The notes beneath the pieces were generated by a model. The model saw only the letters and a list, made by a program, of their open reading frames with translations. It made no database searches and was not told the origin of the DNA. The translations under genes were made by a program, and so were the position numbers. 64,000 nucleotides of DNA from Candidatus Omnitrophota bacterium (GTDB lineage Bacteria; Omnitrophota; Gorgyraeia; Zapsychrales; Fredricksoniimonadaceae), in NCBI GenBank assembly GCA_016201795.1, contig JACQCF010000005.1, positions 20,896 through 84,895 of the forward strand, read 5' to 3'. Below, in pieces: positions 51,022 to 59,420 of the stretch (position 1 is the stretch's first letter; the number at the start of each line of letters is the position of its first letter).

Positions 51022-51526
51022 TTTTCTGTTTTAATATTAAAATAAAATTTCGTGTTTTAGTATTTAACGCACCGGCGAAACGCGTCACAGGCGCCTGCAA
51101 AGTACCGATGAATTTCGCTAAAAGAACTTCGCGGGGAGGCAGGTCAGAGAGTGTCTTGACTTGTTCGGGGCTTATCACGTCCCCGTTGAATAAACCTCCC
51201 TGCACAATAAAACCTTCGCAATCTTTGGCAAATTTAACCAGAATCCTAGAAACTTCAGAGGCATCCGTATCGCTTAAAACAAAAGCCGTTTGGCCGTTGA
51301 GGCGCTTGGCTAAATTTTCATAGTTAGAATTTTTCAGCGCAATACGTGCGACGGATGTTTTAGAAATCAACACATCCGCTTTTTTACGCTTTAAATCTTT
51401 GCGCAAAGAACCCATCTTAGCGGACGAGACCCCACACCAGCTCACCAGAAAAGTATTGCTTTTTTTGGTAACGCCGTCTTTAACGGTATCAGCGATACGT
51501 TGACGGTACAATTGTCCGACTTTCAT
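50990..51526 (-). CDS. rplJ: 50S ribosomal protein L10
   Basis: Between rplA and rplL; [27 protein letters not shown]. Confidence 0.93.
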   Translation of the reverse strand: MKVGQLYRQRIADTVKDGVTKKSNTFLVSWCGVSSAKMGSLRKDLKRKKADVLISKTSVARIALKNSNYENLAKRLNGQTAFVLSDTDASEVSRILVKFAKDCEGFIVQGGLFNGDVISPEQVKTLSDLPPREVLLAKFIGTLQAPVTRFAGALNTKTRNFILILKQKSDSDATSKSS

Positions 51527-52206
51527 AAGGCCACCTTCACTCCCGGGCCCATGGTGCTTGCCACAGACAAACTTTTAATCAAATTGCCTTTGACGCTTAC
51601 GGGTTTGGCATGGTTAACCGCCTCAATAAGATGTTGAGCGTTTTCCACCAATTTATTATCGGCAAAAGATTTTTTGCCGATGCCTAAATGAATGCCGCCT
51701 TGCTTGTCGGATTTAAACTCGACACGGCCGGCTTTAACTTCTTTGATGGCGCGCTCCACATCGGTTGTCACGGTGCCGGCTTTAGGGGTCGGCATCAGGC
51801 CGCGTGGACCCAAGATCTTACCGAGCTTGCTGATATCACGCATCATATCAGGGGTCGCCACCACTACGTCAAAATCCATAAAACCGCCGGCGACTTTGTC
51901 AATCAAATCATTGCTGCCGACATAATCAGCACCTGCCGCCTGAGCTTTGGAGGTAGTTTCCCCTTTGCAGAAAACAGCTACTTTCACGGATTTACCGATA
52001 CCATGCGGTAACACCACCGTACCGCGAACGCCCTGATCGGAGGCTTGTAAATCAACATTCAGATGAAAATGCATTTCAACCGTCTCATCGAATTTGACCC
52101 TGGGGGCTTTGGTTAAACAAGAAATGGCCTCAGCCAAAGGAAGCGGATTTTTAATTCCATCGACGATACGGTTGACTTCTTTCATACGTTTACTTAATCT
52201 TGACAT
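51523..52206 (-). CDS. rplA: 50S ribosomal protein L1
   Basis: KFDETVE, VRGTVVLPHG, LGKILGPRGLMP.PK.GT, STMGPG. Confidence 0.98.
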   Translation of the reverse strand: MSRLSKRMKEVNRIVDGIKNPLPLAEAISCLTKAPRVKFDETVEMHFHLNVDLQASDQGVRGTVVLPHGIGKSVKVAVFCKGETTSKAQAAGADYVGSNDLIDKVAGGFMDFDVVVATPDMMRDISKLGKILGPRGLMPTPKAGTVTTDVERAIKEVKAGRVEFKSDKQGGIHLGIGKKSFADNKLVENAQHLIEAVNHAKPVSVKGNLIKSLSVASTMGPGVKVAL

Positions 52207-52219
52207 ATTCTAATCCTTT

Positions 52220-52247
52220 GTACGGGCTTGATTAATCAAACCCTACG
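52220..52247 (-). repeat. GTAG-type REP-like palindrome
   Basis: CGTAGGGTTTGATTAATCAAGCCCGTAC directly after rplK stop. Confidence 0.75.
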
Positions 52248-52673
52248 CTATCCTTTTACTTCAATGCCCATGCTGCGGGCTGTGCCGGCAATAGTGGCGA
52301 TCGCTTGATTCATATCCACGGTATTTAAATCTTCCATTTTCATTTTGGCGATTTCTTCCACCTGTTTGACCGTCAATGTGCCGATGGTTTCTTTGCCAGC
52401 AGTACCAGAGGCTTTGGCTAACTTCGCCGCCTTCTTAATGAGCGCTGAACTCGGAGGCGTCTTAATCACAAAATCAAAAGATTTGTCTTTATAAACGGTA
52501 ATAATGACCGGTAAAGGTAATACTTCTCTGCCCTTGGTTTTGTCATTGAAAGATTTGCAGAACATCATAATGTTCACGCCGTGCTGACCAAGGGCAGGAC
52601 CGACCGGAGGCGCAGGGTTAGCCTGGCCGGCAGGAACATAGAGTTTAATTTGAGCAACTGCTTCTTTAGCCAT
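52248..52673 (-). CDS. rplK: 50S ribosomal protein L11
   Basis: [29 protein letters not shown]. Confidence 0.98.
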   Translation of the reverse strand: MAKEAVAQIKLYVPAGQANPAPPVGPALGQHGVNIMMFCKSFNDKTKGREVLPLPVIITVYKDKSFDFVIKTPPSSALIKKAAKLAKASGTAGKETIGTLTVKQVEEIAKMKMEDLNTVDMNQAIATIAGTARSMGIEVKG

Positions 52674-52685
52674 ATATCATCATTC

Positions 52686-53210
52686 CTAAATCTTCTCGAC
52701 TTGCCAATACTCAAGCTCAACCAACGTTGAACGGCCGAATATCGACACGCTGACCTTCAATTTTCCGCGGTCCGGATAAACTTCCATCACCGAACCATTA
52801 AAATTCGCAAACGGCCCTTGCGCAATGCGAATCGCCTCGCCCACTTCGAAAACAATTTTGGGGCTTGGCTTTGAACCTGTTTCTTCCGTACGTTTGAGGA
52901 TATTATCCACTTCCGTATCAGTCAGGGGTTGAGGCTGACGCCCTGGACCGATAAAGCCGGTTATGCCTGGAGTAGTTTTAACCAGATACCAGCTTTCTTT
53001 ATTCATGTCCATCTTAATTAAAAGGTAGCCGGGAAAAAATTTACGGGTCGTAATCCTTTTTTTCCCACCACGCACCTCGGAAACCTGCTCCGTCGGAACA
53101 ACCACTTCCCCCACATGCTGTTTAAGCACCGTGGTGGCCATGCGGCTTTCCAAGCCTGCTCTGGCTCTTTCTTCCGCCCCTGTTTGCGTGTGAATCACAT
53201 ACCATTTCAT
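52686..53210 (-). CDS. nusG: transcription factor NusG
   Basis: WYVIHT, FFPGY, TPGITGF, GPFANFNG, SIFGRST. Confidence 0.97.
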   Translation of the reverse strand: MKWYVIHTQTGAEERARAGLESRMATTVLKQHVGEVVVPTEQVSEVRGGKKRITTRKFFPGYLLIKMDMNKESWYLVKTTPGITGFIGPGRQPQPLTDTEVDNILKRTEETGSKPSPKIVFEVGEAIRIAQGPFANFNGSVMEVYPDRGKLKVSVSIFGRSTLVELEYWQVEKI

Positions 53211-53217
53211 AACATTT

Positions 53218-53403
53218 CTACCTTAATAAATGGGCAATGCCTTTTGAAAGAATGAAGTCCACCATTCCTAAAAATGCGCCTAGCAGCAGGGAACTGGCAA
53301 TGACAATCAATGTCGAATCCCATAGCTCCTGACGGGTGACCCAGGAGACTTTTTTCATCTCTGCAAAAACTTCCCCAATAAAATTTTGGATTTTAGCGAT
53401 CAT
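53218..53403 (-). CDS. secE: preprotein translocase SecE
   Basis: EMKKVSW motif, single TM, upstream of nusG. Confidence 0.95.
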   Translation of the reverse strand: MIAKIQNFIGEVFAEMKKVSWVTRQELWDSTLIVIASSLLLGAFLGMVDFILSKGIAHLLR

Positions 53404-53439
53404 TCCTTAATAAAGAATCAATACAGGCCAGTCTAAAGA

Positions 53440-53516
53440 TGGCAGGCCTGGCAGGACTCGAACCTGCAACGCACGGTTTTGGAGACCGTCGCTCTACCAA
53501 TTGGAGCTACAGGCCT
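53440..53516 (-). tRNA. tRNA-Trp (CCA), CCA end encoded
   Basis: AGGCCTG/CAGGCCT acceptor, ACGGT-CTCCAAA-ACCGT anticodon arm, GGTTCGAGT, GCCA end. Confidence 0.97.
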
Positions 53517-53533
53517 ATGAACTCTTGCGTCAT

Positions 53534-53592
53534 TTAGATCCTTCTCCCGCCTTAGCGAGATCAGGATGACATCGACATTGGATCGATGTCAT
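53534..53592 (-). repeat. composite double-hairpin element, copy 2 (begins at rpmG stop)
   Basis: ATGACATCGATCCAATGTCGATGTCA-TCCT-GA-TCTCGCTAAGGCGGGA-GA-AGGATCTAA. Confidence 0.8.
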
Positions 53593-53741
53593 TTTTTTGT
53601 TTCTTTATGCAGCACATGTTTACGACAAAAAGAACAAAATTTCTTAAGCTCAATACGTTCCGGATGTTGCCTTTTGTCTTTGGTGCTGTTATAGGTGATA
53701 CGATTGCACTCGGTGCATTGAAAATGAATTGTCTCGCGCAT
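53589..53741 (-). CDS. rpmG: 50S ribosomal protein L33 (Zn type)
   Basis: Below ORF-track cutoff; MRETIHFQCTECNRITYNSTKDKRQHPERIELKKFCSFCRKHVLHKETKK. Confidence 0.96.
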   Translation of the reverse strand: MRETIHFQCTECNRITYNSTKDKRQHPERIELKKFCSFCRKHVLHKETKK

Positions 53742-53759
53742 AATCTTAACCTAACGTTT

Positions 53760-53810
53760 GTTGCGCTCCCCCCGCTGTCCCGCCATGGCGGGACAAGACA
53801 CGGGAGTAAC
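53760..53810. repeat. extended hairpin with core TGTCCCGCC-AT-GGCGGGACA
   Basis: Perfect 9-bp core at 53776-53795 with outer arms CTCCC/GGGAG, downstream of tRNA-Thr. Confidence 0.7.
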
Positions 53811-53838
53811 AGAAGATTTTAGATAATATGATGTGACA

Positions 53839-53911
53839 AGCCCCCGAGCGGGATTGAACCGCTGGCCTCGTCCTTACCAAGGACGTGCTCTACCAACTGA
53901 GCTACAGGGGC
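53839..53911 (-). tRNA. tRNA-Thr (GGT), CCA not encoded
   Basis: GCCCCTG/CGGGGGC acceptor, CGTCC-TTGGTAA-GGACG anticodon arm, GGTTCAATC. Confidence 0.97.
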
Positions 53912-53953
53912 AGCATATCCAGCCGCCTGCAGCAGTCATACAAATAAACGCAA

Positions 53954-53982
53954 AGTATATCTGTTGATATTATTATTGTCAA
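53954..53982 (-). promoter_or_regulatory. near-consensus sigma70 promoter heading the ribosomal superoperon
   Basis: TTGACA (53982-53977), 17 nt spacer, TATACT (53959-53954), AT-rich upstream. Confidence 0.8.
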
Positions 53983-54008
53983 GAATAAATTTCCATAATT
54001 TCAAACAG

Positions 54009-55157
54009 TTACGATAAACGCAGGAAACGCCGCTTGCCGACTTTGAGCACGCCCGCCTTCAGGGACCAATTCTCGTTGGAAATAACCACCCCTTCATGCA
54101 TGATGGCTCCCTCTTTCAAAAGACGCCGGCCTTCATTTTTGGAAGCGACAATGTTCTCTGACATGAGAATATCCAATAATTTTTGGTCCTGTTTAAATTT
54201 AAACTGCGCAATATCCTGCGGGGTTTGATGCTGGCTGAACGTTTGTTCAAAATAGCGATGGGCTTTGGAGCCCTCGCCGGGGAGGCAAAACATGTCCACG
54301 ATCATAACCGCCAACTGCAACTTAGCTTCTTTAGGATGCATTTTTTTGACTGCATTTAAATCCACCTGTGTCAAAAGTTCATAATACCGTATCATCAGCT
54401 CATCGCTAATCGACATGACCTTACCAAAAATCTCATTGGGGCTTTCATTAATGCCGATGGCATTTCCCAAGGACTTGCTCATCTTCTGCACGCCGTCGGT
54501 CCCTTCTAACAAAGGCGTCATCACAACCACCTGAGGCGCCTGGCCATAACTTTCCTGCAATTGACGACCCATCAAGAGATTGAACTTCTGGTCATTGCCG
54601 CCTAATTCCACGTCTGCTTTTAAATGCACGGAATCGTAGCCTTGCAACAAAGGATAAATAAATTCCAGCAGACTGATTTCGCGGCCGGAATCAAAACGTT
54701 TTTTAAAATCCGCGCGGGCCAGTGTTTGCGCCACTGTCAAATGGGCGGTTAATTCCAATAAATCTTGAGGCCTCAGCCGGTTTAACCAATAGCTATTGAA
54801 AGCCACTTGTGTTTTCTTGGGATCCAAAATCTTAAAAACCTGTACTTTGTAGGTTTTAGCGTTTTGTTTAATCTCCTGCAGCGACATTGTTTTGCGCAGC
54901 TCATTACGGCCAGTGGGGTCTCCCACCTGGGCGGTAAAATCCCCAATTAAAAAAACCACCCGATGACCTAAATCCTGAAACTGCCTCATTTTCTTTAAAA
55001 GTACCACATGCCCTAGATGAATATCCGGAGCGGTTGGATCAAAACCGGCTTTAATGATCAGCGGACGGCCAAGGGCCAATTTTTTGGCCAAATCATCTGT
55101 GCTTATGATTTCCGTCGTGCCGCGGGTAATTTTTTGGACGGTTTCTTGGATGGACAT
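54009..55157 (-). CDS. tyrS: tyrosyl-tRNA synthetase
   Basis: GFDPTAPDIHLGH, YPLLQGYD, GGNDQKFN, KMSKS, C-terminal S4 domain; start taken at 55157. Confidence 0.97.
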   Translation of the reverse strand: MSIQETVQKITRGTTEIISTDDLAKKLALGRPLIIKAGFDPTAPDIHLGHVVLLKKMRQFQDLGHRVVFLIGDFTAQVGDPTGRNELRKTMSLQEIKQNAKTYKVQVFKILDPKKTQVAFNSYWLNRLRPQDLLELTAHLTVAQTLARADFKKRFDSGREISLLEFIYPLLQGYDSVHLKADVELGGNDQKFNLLMGRQLQESYGQAPQVVVMTPLLEGTDGVQKMSKSLGNAIGINESPNEIFGKVMSISDELMIRYYELLTQVDLNAVKKMHPKEAKLQLAVMIVDMFCLPGEGSKAHRYFEQTFSQHQTPQDIAQFKFKQDQKLLDILMSENIVASKNEGRRLLKEGAIMHEGVVISNENWSLKAGVLKVGKRRFLRLS

Positions 55158-55164
55158 AAAATGG

Positions 55165-55195
55165 GCAGGAACTGACATATGAATCAGCCCCCTAC
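55165..55195 (-). repeat. degenerate GTAG-type REP-like palindrome
   Basis: GTAGGGGGCTGA-TTCATATG-TCAGTTCCTGC between rpsA and tyrS. Confidence 0.55.
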
Positions 55196-55202
55196 TATTG
55201 AA

Positions 55203-56747
55203 TTATAGTCGCGCAGAAACGCCGATTTTCATAGCTTCGACGTCCACTTTAATGACTTTGACCTGCAGTTTATCGCCAGGCTTTAAAGAAGTCGCCTGCT
55301 GTTTATCAATTTCCGAAGAATACACCAGCGCTTCAATGTCTCCTTCCAATTTGACAAACACGCCAAAATTGGAATTCATCACCACCTCGGCCGCCACCAC
55401 AGAACCCACCGGAAACTTTTGAGCGATATCATTCCACGGATTAGTCTGTAATTGCTTAAGACCGAGAGTGATTTTGTGGTTTTGAGCATCCACGCCCTGG
55501 ATAATCATATCCACGGCCTGGCCTTTTTGTAGCACTTCTTGAGGATGGTTGATTTTCTTGGTCCAAGACATATCTGAAACATGAATCATACCTTCCAAAC
55601 CGCCCTCAAGCTCGACGAAGGCACCGTAGTCAGTAAAGCCGCGGACAATGCCTTTGACTTTATCGCCCACATTAAATTTTTGCGCCACAGAACTCCAGGG
55701 ATTCTCTTCAAGCTGTTTCATGCTCAAAGAAATACGTTTCGCATCCTTATCTACATTGATGATCTGCACTTCAATGATCTCCGCCAATTTGAACATTTCT
55801 TGAGGATTGACCATTTTCTTCTGCCAGGTGATTTCAGAAGCATGCAAAAGGCCTTCAATACCTTTGTCAATTTCCACAAATACACCGTAAGGCATAATAT
55901 TGACGATTTTGCCTTTGACACGACTTCCGGCCGGGAATTTGGAAGCTGCTTCATCCCAAGGATTGGCAATGATCTGTTTTAAACCTAAAGAAACCTTGGA
56001 GTTGTCTTTGTCAAAGTCCAAAATCAAAACTTCAATTCTTTGGCCAACGGAGACGATTTCGGAGGGATGATTGATACGTGACCAGCTCATGTCGGTGATG
56101 TGCAAAAGTCCGTCGATACCGCCCAGATCAATAAAGGCGCCGAAGTCCGTGATGCCTTTAACAACGCCCTTACGCTTCTGGCCTTTTTTGATTTCGCTCC
56201 AAAGCTTTTCACGCACCTCTTCGCGCTCTTTCTGCACCATTTCGCGGCGGGAAAGGATGAGGTTGCGTCTTTGCTTGTTCATTTTGGCCACGACGAATTT
56301 AAACGTCTTGATCATAATGTCATTATTGGAAAAGCCTTTGAAAGCCGAAAGTGACATCGGCAAAAAAGCTTCAATGCCAAAAACATCGACGATATAGCCG
56401 CCTTTGACCGTGCGGACCACGCGACCGTCAACAGTATCACCCTCGTTAATATCATTGGAAATTCTCTGCCAGCCTTTGAGGCGCTCGGCTTTAGCAAAAG
56501 AAAGAATCAGACGGCCATGGTCATCTTCGATGTTCTCAATGAGAACCTCGATTTGAGAACCTACAACAACCTCCGCAGGGCTGCGAAATTCCTCAATCGG
56601 CACAAAACCTTCGGATTTAAAGCCAATGTCGACGATAATTTCTTTAGGGGTCACCGCGGCCACGGTGCCTTTAATAATCTCCCCTTCCTTAATATCTTTG
56701 AGCGTGCTCTCGTAGAGCTCCTCCATGAGTGATTTTTCAGTGCTCAT
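55203..56747 (-). CDS. rpsA: 30S ribosomal protein S1 (six S1 repeats)
   Basis: VDIGFKSEG, FGAFIDLGGIDGLLHITDMSW, YGVFVE, YGAFVE repeats; start 56747 with SD GAGG. Confidence 0.97.
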   Translation of the reverse strand: MSTEKSLMEELYESTLKDIKEGEIIKGTVAAVTPKEIIVDIGFKSEGFVPIEEFRSPAEVVVGSQIEVLIENIEDDHGRLILSFAKAERLKGWQRISNDINEGDTVDGRVVRTVKGGYIVDVFGIEAFLPMSLSAFKGFSNNDIMIKTFKFVVAKMNKQRRNLILSRREMVQKEREEVREKLWSEIKKGQKRKGVVKGITDFGAFIDLGGIDGLLHITDMSWSRINHPSEIVSVGQRIEVLILDFDKDNSKVSLGLKQIIANPWDEAASKFPAGSRVKGKIVNIMPYGVFVEIDKGIEGLLHASEITWQKKMVNPQEMFKLAEIIEVQIINVDKDAKRISLSMKQLEENPWSSVAQKFNVGDKVKGIVRGFTDYGAFVELEGGLEGMIHVSDMSWTKKINHPQEVLQKGQAVDMIIQGVDAQNHKITLGLKQLQTNPWNDIAQKFPVGSVVAAEVVMNSNFGVFVKLEGDIEALVYSSEIDKQQATSLKPGDKLQVKVIKVDVEAMKIGVSARL

Positions 56748-56830
56748 TGTTACTGATCCTCTTTTCTTATAATGGAATTCTTTAATTTTTCGCGCGGGAA
56801 AAGCAACAGCGGTCAATTAAAGTATCGGTC

Positions 56831-56858
56831 ATTATGCCAAAAAGACCTTAAATGTCAA
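56831..56858 (-). promoter_or_regulatory. putative sigma70 promoter for rpsA-tyrS
   Basis: TTGACA (56858-56853), 16 nt spacer, TGG-CATAAT (56836-56831). Confidence 0.65.
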
Positions 56859-56881
56859 ATCTTTTTTTACAGGCTTGAAAC

Positions 56882-57463
56882 TTAAACCAGTTTATAGATC
56901 TCTTCCAGGATTTTTCGTGAGGCGGCTTCGTAGGAGGGGCTGTCGCTGACCAGAAATGGTTTGCCGTAGGTAACGGTCACCAGCGAACGCTTAAAGAACT
57001 TAGCGCCAGGAGGCATGACCACATCAGAGCCTTTCATATATACCGGCACAATCGGCACTTGAGATTTGAGGGCCAGGAATCCTGTTCCTGGCTGAGGCTC
57101 GAGGGATTTATGATCCGTACGTCGTGTACCTTCAGGGAAAACCAGCACCGGATGGCCTTTTTTCAAACATTTAAAAGCCTCTTTGAGCGCGCCAAGATCT
57201 GCCTGGCCGCGTTTGACCGGAAAAGCCCAAAGTTTCTTCAGCCACCAGCCCACCAAGGGGTGTTTGAATAACTCAATTTTGGTCATGAAATGAACACGCC
57301 GGGGGGTAGAAATTCCTAAAATCACAGGATCAAGATTACTAATATGATTGCTGGCTAAAATATAGGCCCCTTGAGACGGAATATTATACCAGCCTCTGAC
57401 TGTGCGAGGAAAAAACAAAAAGCTTAAAACTTTGGTAAAAAAGTAAGTAAAGTAATAGATCAT
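56882..57463 (-). CDS. plsC: 1-acyl-sn-glycerol-3-phosphate acyltransferase
   Basis: NHISNLD, FPVKR, FPEGTR, IVPV. Confidence 0.92.
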   Translation of the reverse strand: MIYYFTYFFTKVLSFLFFPRTVRGWYNIPSQGAYILASNHISNLDPVILGISTPRRVHFMTKIELFKHPLVGWWLKKLWAFPVKRGQADLGALKEAFKCLKKGHPVLVFPEGTRRTDHKSLEPQPGTGFLALKSQVPIVPVYMKGSDVVMPPGAKFFKRSLVTVTYGKPFLVSDSPSYEAASRKILEEIYKLV

Positions 57464-58881
57464 TATTTCGGATCAACCAACCGGCGGCCGAATTCCAGAA
57501 GATCTTTGGCTTTTTTTAGGGATTTGGCTTCTGAATAAATGCGCACTAGGGGCTCGGTTCCTGAAGGACGAAACATCAGCCAGTCTTCATTAGCACCAAC
57601 AAGTTTAACACCGTCGTAATCTTTCACCTCAACCACTTTCTGACCCAAAACCTCACTAACGCTTTTAAGTTTGTTTAGATCAACCTTTTTAGCATCCATG
57701 GAATAGTCCAGACGCTGATAATAGTAGCGGCCAAACTCACGTTCCATATCCTCCACCAACTTTTTAAAATTTCTTTTGTTATAAACCATCATCTCTAATA
57801 AGAGAAGCCCGGCCAAGGTACCGTCGCGTTCAGGGATAAAATGAGGTAAGCCCATGCCGCCAGCCTCTTCCCCGCCGGCAACAATCTTCTGAGACATCAT
57901 CAAATCGGAAATATATTTAAACCCCACCGGTGTTTCATAAAGTTTGCGGTTTAGTTTCTTGGCGATATGATCTAGCATAATTGTCCCGCAAAGAGTTTTG
58001 ATAATGCCGCCTTCCACATGGCGGTTACGGACTAAATGCAGAATCAGCAAACCCAAAATCTTCTGCGGGCTGACAAACTCACCGCCGGGCATCACCGCCG
58101 CGATGCGATCCGCGTCCCCATCAAGCACCAGGCCTAAATCAAACTTCTCTTTTTTCATGCGGGCCATCATGACGCTTAAACATTCTGGAATGGGCTCAGG
58201 TTTGGAACCATCAAAAGAGGGATTGACATCCTCACGCATGAGTTCGAGTTTGATGCCAGTCCCCTTTAAAATTTCACGCATCAAATCACGGCCGCTGCCG
58301 TGCATCATATCGGCAAGTACTTTAAATTTCGTGGATTTGATTTTCTTTAAGTTCAAATAGCCACGAATAAATTTTACGTATGCTTTCTTAAAGTCATGCA
58401 CGACGATGAATCCGTCAGCTTTAGCCTGAGAAAAGTCCGCCCGTTGGACTTGCGTCTGTCCTAAATAACTCTCAATGAGATTAGTGATGTCTTTAGGAGC
58501 AGCCCCGCCCTGGGCGGTTTTGATTTTAATACCGTTAAACTTGGCAGGATTATGAGAGGCGGTAATCATCATACCGCAAACATTAGAAAATCGAGTTACA
58601 CCATAACTTAAAGCAGGGGTGGGCAAAGAAGTATCCGACAAAAAAGTTTTAATTCCATTGGCGGCAAAAACTTCCGCTACTGCTTGAGCATATTCGGCGG
58701 AAAGAAAACGATTGTCATAGCCTACCGAAGCAGATTTTTTAGAAAATGAAGAATTATTCTTCTTGATCCAATCAGCCGTGGCTTGTGCGACAATACGGAC
58801 ATTTTTAAAGGTGAACGTATCAGAAATAACCGCCCGCCAGCCGTCGGTGCCGAACTTTATATCAGATCGAATATCGCTCAT
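57463..58881 (-). CDS. phosphoglucomutase/phosphomannomutase family
   Basis: FGTDGWR, TASHNP, DGDADR, VGFKYI, GGEEAGG, RPSGTEP. Confidence 0.95.
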   Translation of the reverse strand: MSDIRSDIKFGTDGWRAVISDTFTFKNVRIVAQATADWIKKNNSSFSKKSASVGYDNRFLSAEYAQAVAEVFAANGIKTFLSDTSLPTPALSYGVTRFSNVCGMMITASHNPAKFNGIKIKTAQGGAAPKDITNLIESYLGQTQVQRADFSQAKADGFIVVHDFKKAYVKFIRGYLNLKKIKSTKFKVLADMMHGSGRDLMREILKGTGIKLELMREDVNPSFDGSKPEPIPECLSVMMARMKKEKFDLGLVLDGDADRIAAVMPGGEFVSPQKILGLLILHLVRNRHVEGGIIKTLCGTIMLDHIAKKLNRKLYETPVGFKYISDLMMSQKIVAGGEEAGGMGLPHFIPERDGTLAGLLLLEMMVYNKRNFKKLVEDMEREFGRYYYQRLDYSMDAKKVDLNKLKSVSEVLGQKVVEVKDYDGVKLVGANEDWLMFRPSGTEPLVRIYSEAKSLKKAKDLLEFGRRLVDPK

Positions 58882-58895
58882 AGCTCTCCCTAAAG

Positions 58896-59414
58896 TTACA
58901 CATACAATTTTTTCCTTAAAATATAATTCACCACCGCATCCGGCGTCAAATAACGAATCGATCTTTTTCGCTTAATATGCTGACGGATCAAACTGGAGGA
59001 AACATCAAACCAAGAGCGATTAATCACAATAAATGAAGCCATACACAAAATCTCATCAATCCCCTGCCACGTCCTTAATCCAGCCACATTATCTTCTCCG
59101 ATAATAAAAAACAATCGTGCCCGAGGATATTGATTTTTAAAAGATCTGATCGTCTCAATCGTATAAGACTTACCGCCGCGTTTGATCTCCACATCTGAGA
59201 GACTCAAACGCTTATTGCCGGCAATCGCCAGACGCACCATGTTCAGACGCTCCTGGCCGGAGGCCAAATCCTCATCCCTTTTATGGGGCGAACAATAAGC
59301 AGGCACAAAAACCACTTCATCTAGCCCTAAAGTATCCAACGCAGCCTGGGCCATCATCAAATGGCCGACGTGAATCGGATTAAAACTGCCGCCAAGGAAA
59401 CCAATTTTACGCAT
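58896..59414 (-). CDS. nadD: nicotinate-nucleotide adenylyltransferase
   Basis: GGSFNPIHVGH, PHK, SYTIET, IIGED, VSSSLIR. Confidence 0.95.
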   Translation of the reverse strand: MRKIGFLGGSFNPIHVGHLMMAQAALDTLGLDEVVFVPAYCSPHKRDEDLASGQERLNMVRLAIAGNKRLSLSDVEIKRGGKSYTIETIRSFKNQYPRARLFFIIGEDNVAGLRTWQGIDEILCMASFIVINRSWFDVSSSLIRQHIKRKRSIRYLTPDAVVNYILRKKLYV

Positions 59415-59420
59415 ACCCAA

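Noticed and set aside
33060-53810. CRISPR array interpretation of the palindromic repeats
   Set aside because: Copies are dispersed, non-identical and not separated by regular spacers; no cas genes are present.
53742-53838. Missing tuf between tRNA-Thr and rpmG
   Set aside because: An intact tuf is present in the str operon; single-copy arrangements are common.
55158-55202. T-box riboswitch upstream of tyrS
   Set aside because: The spacer is only 45 nt and is occupied by a REP-like palindrome; no T-box motif.
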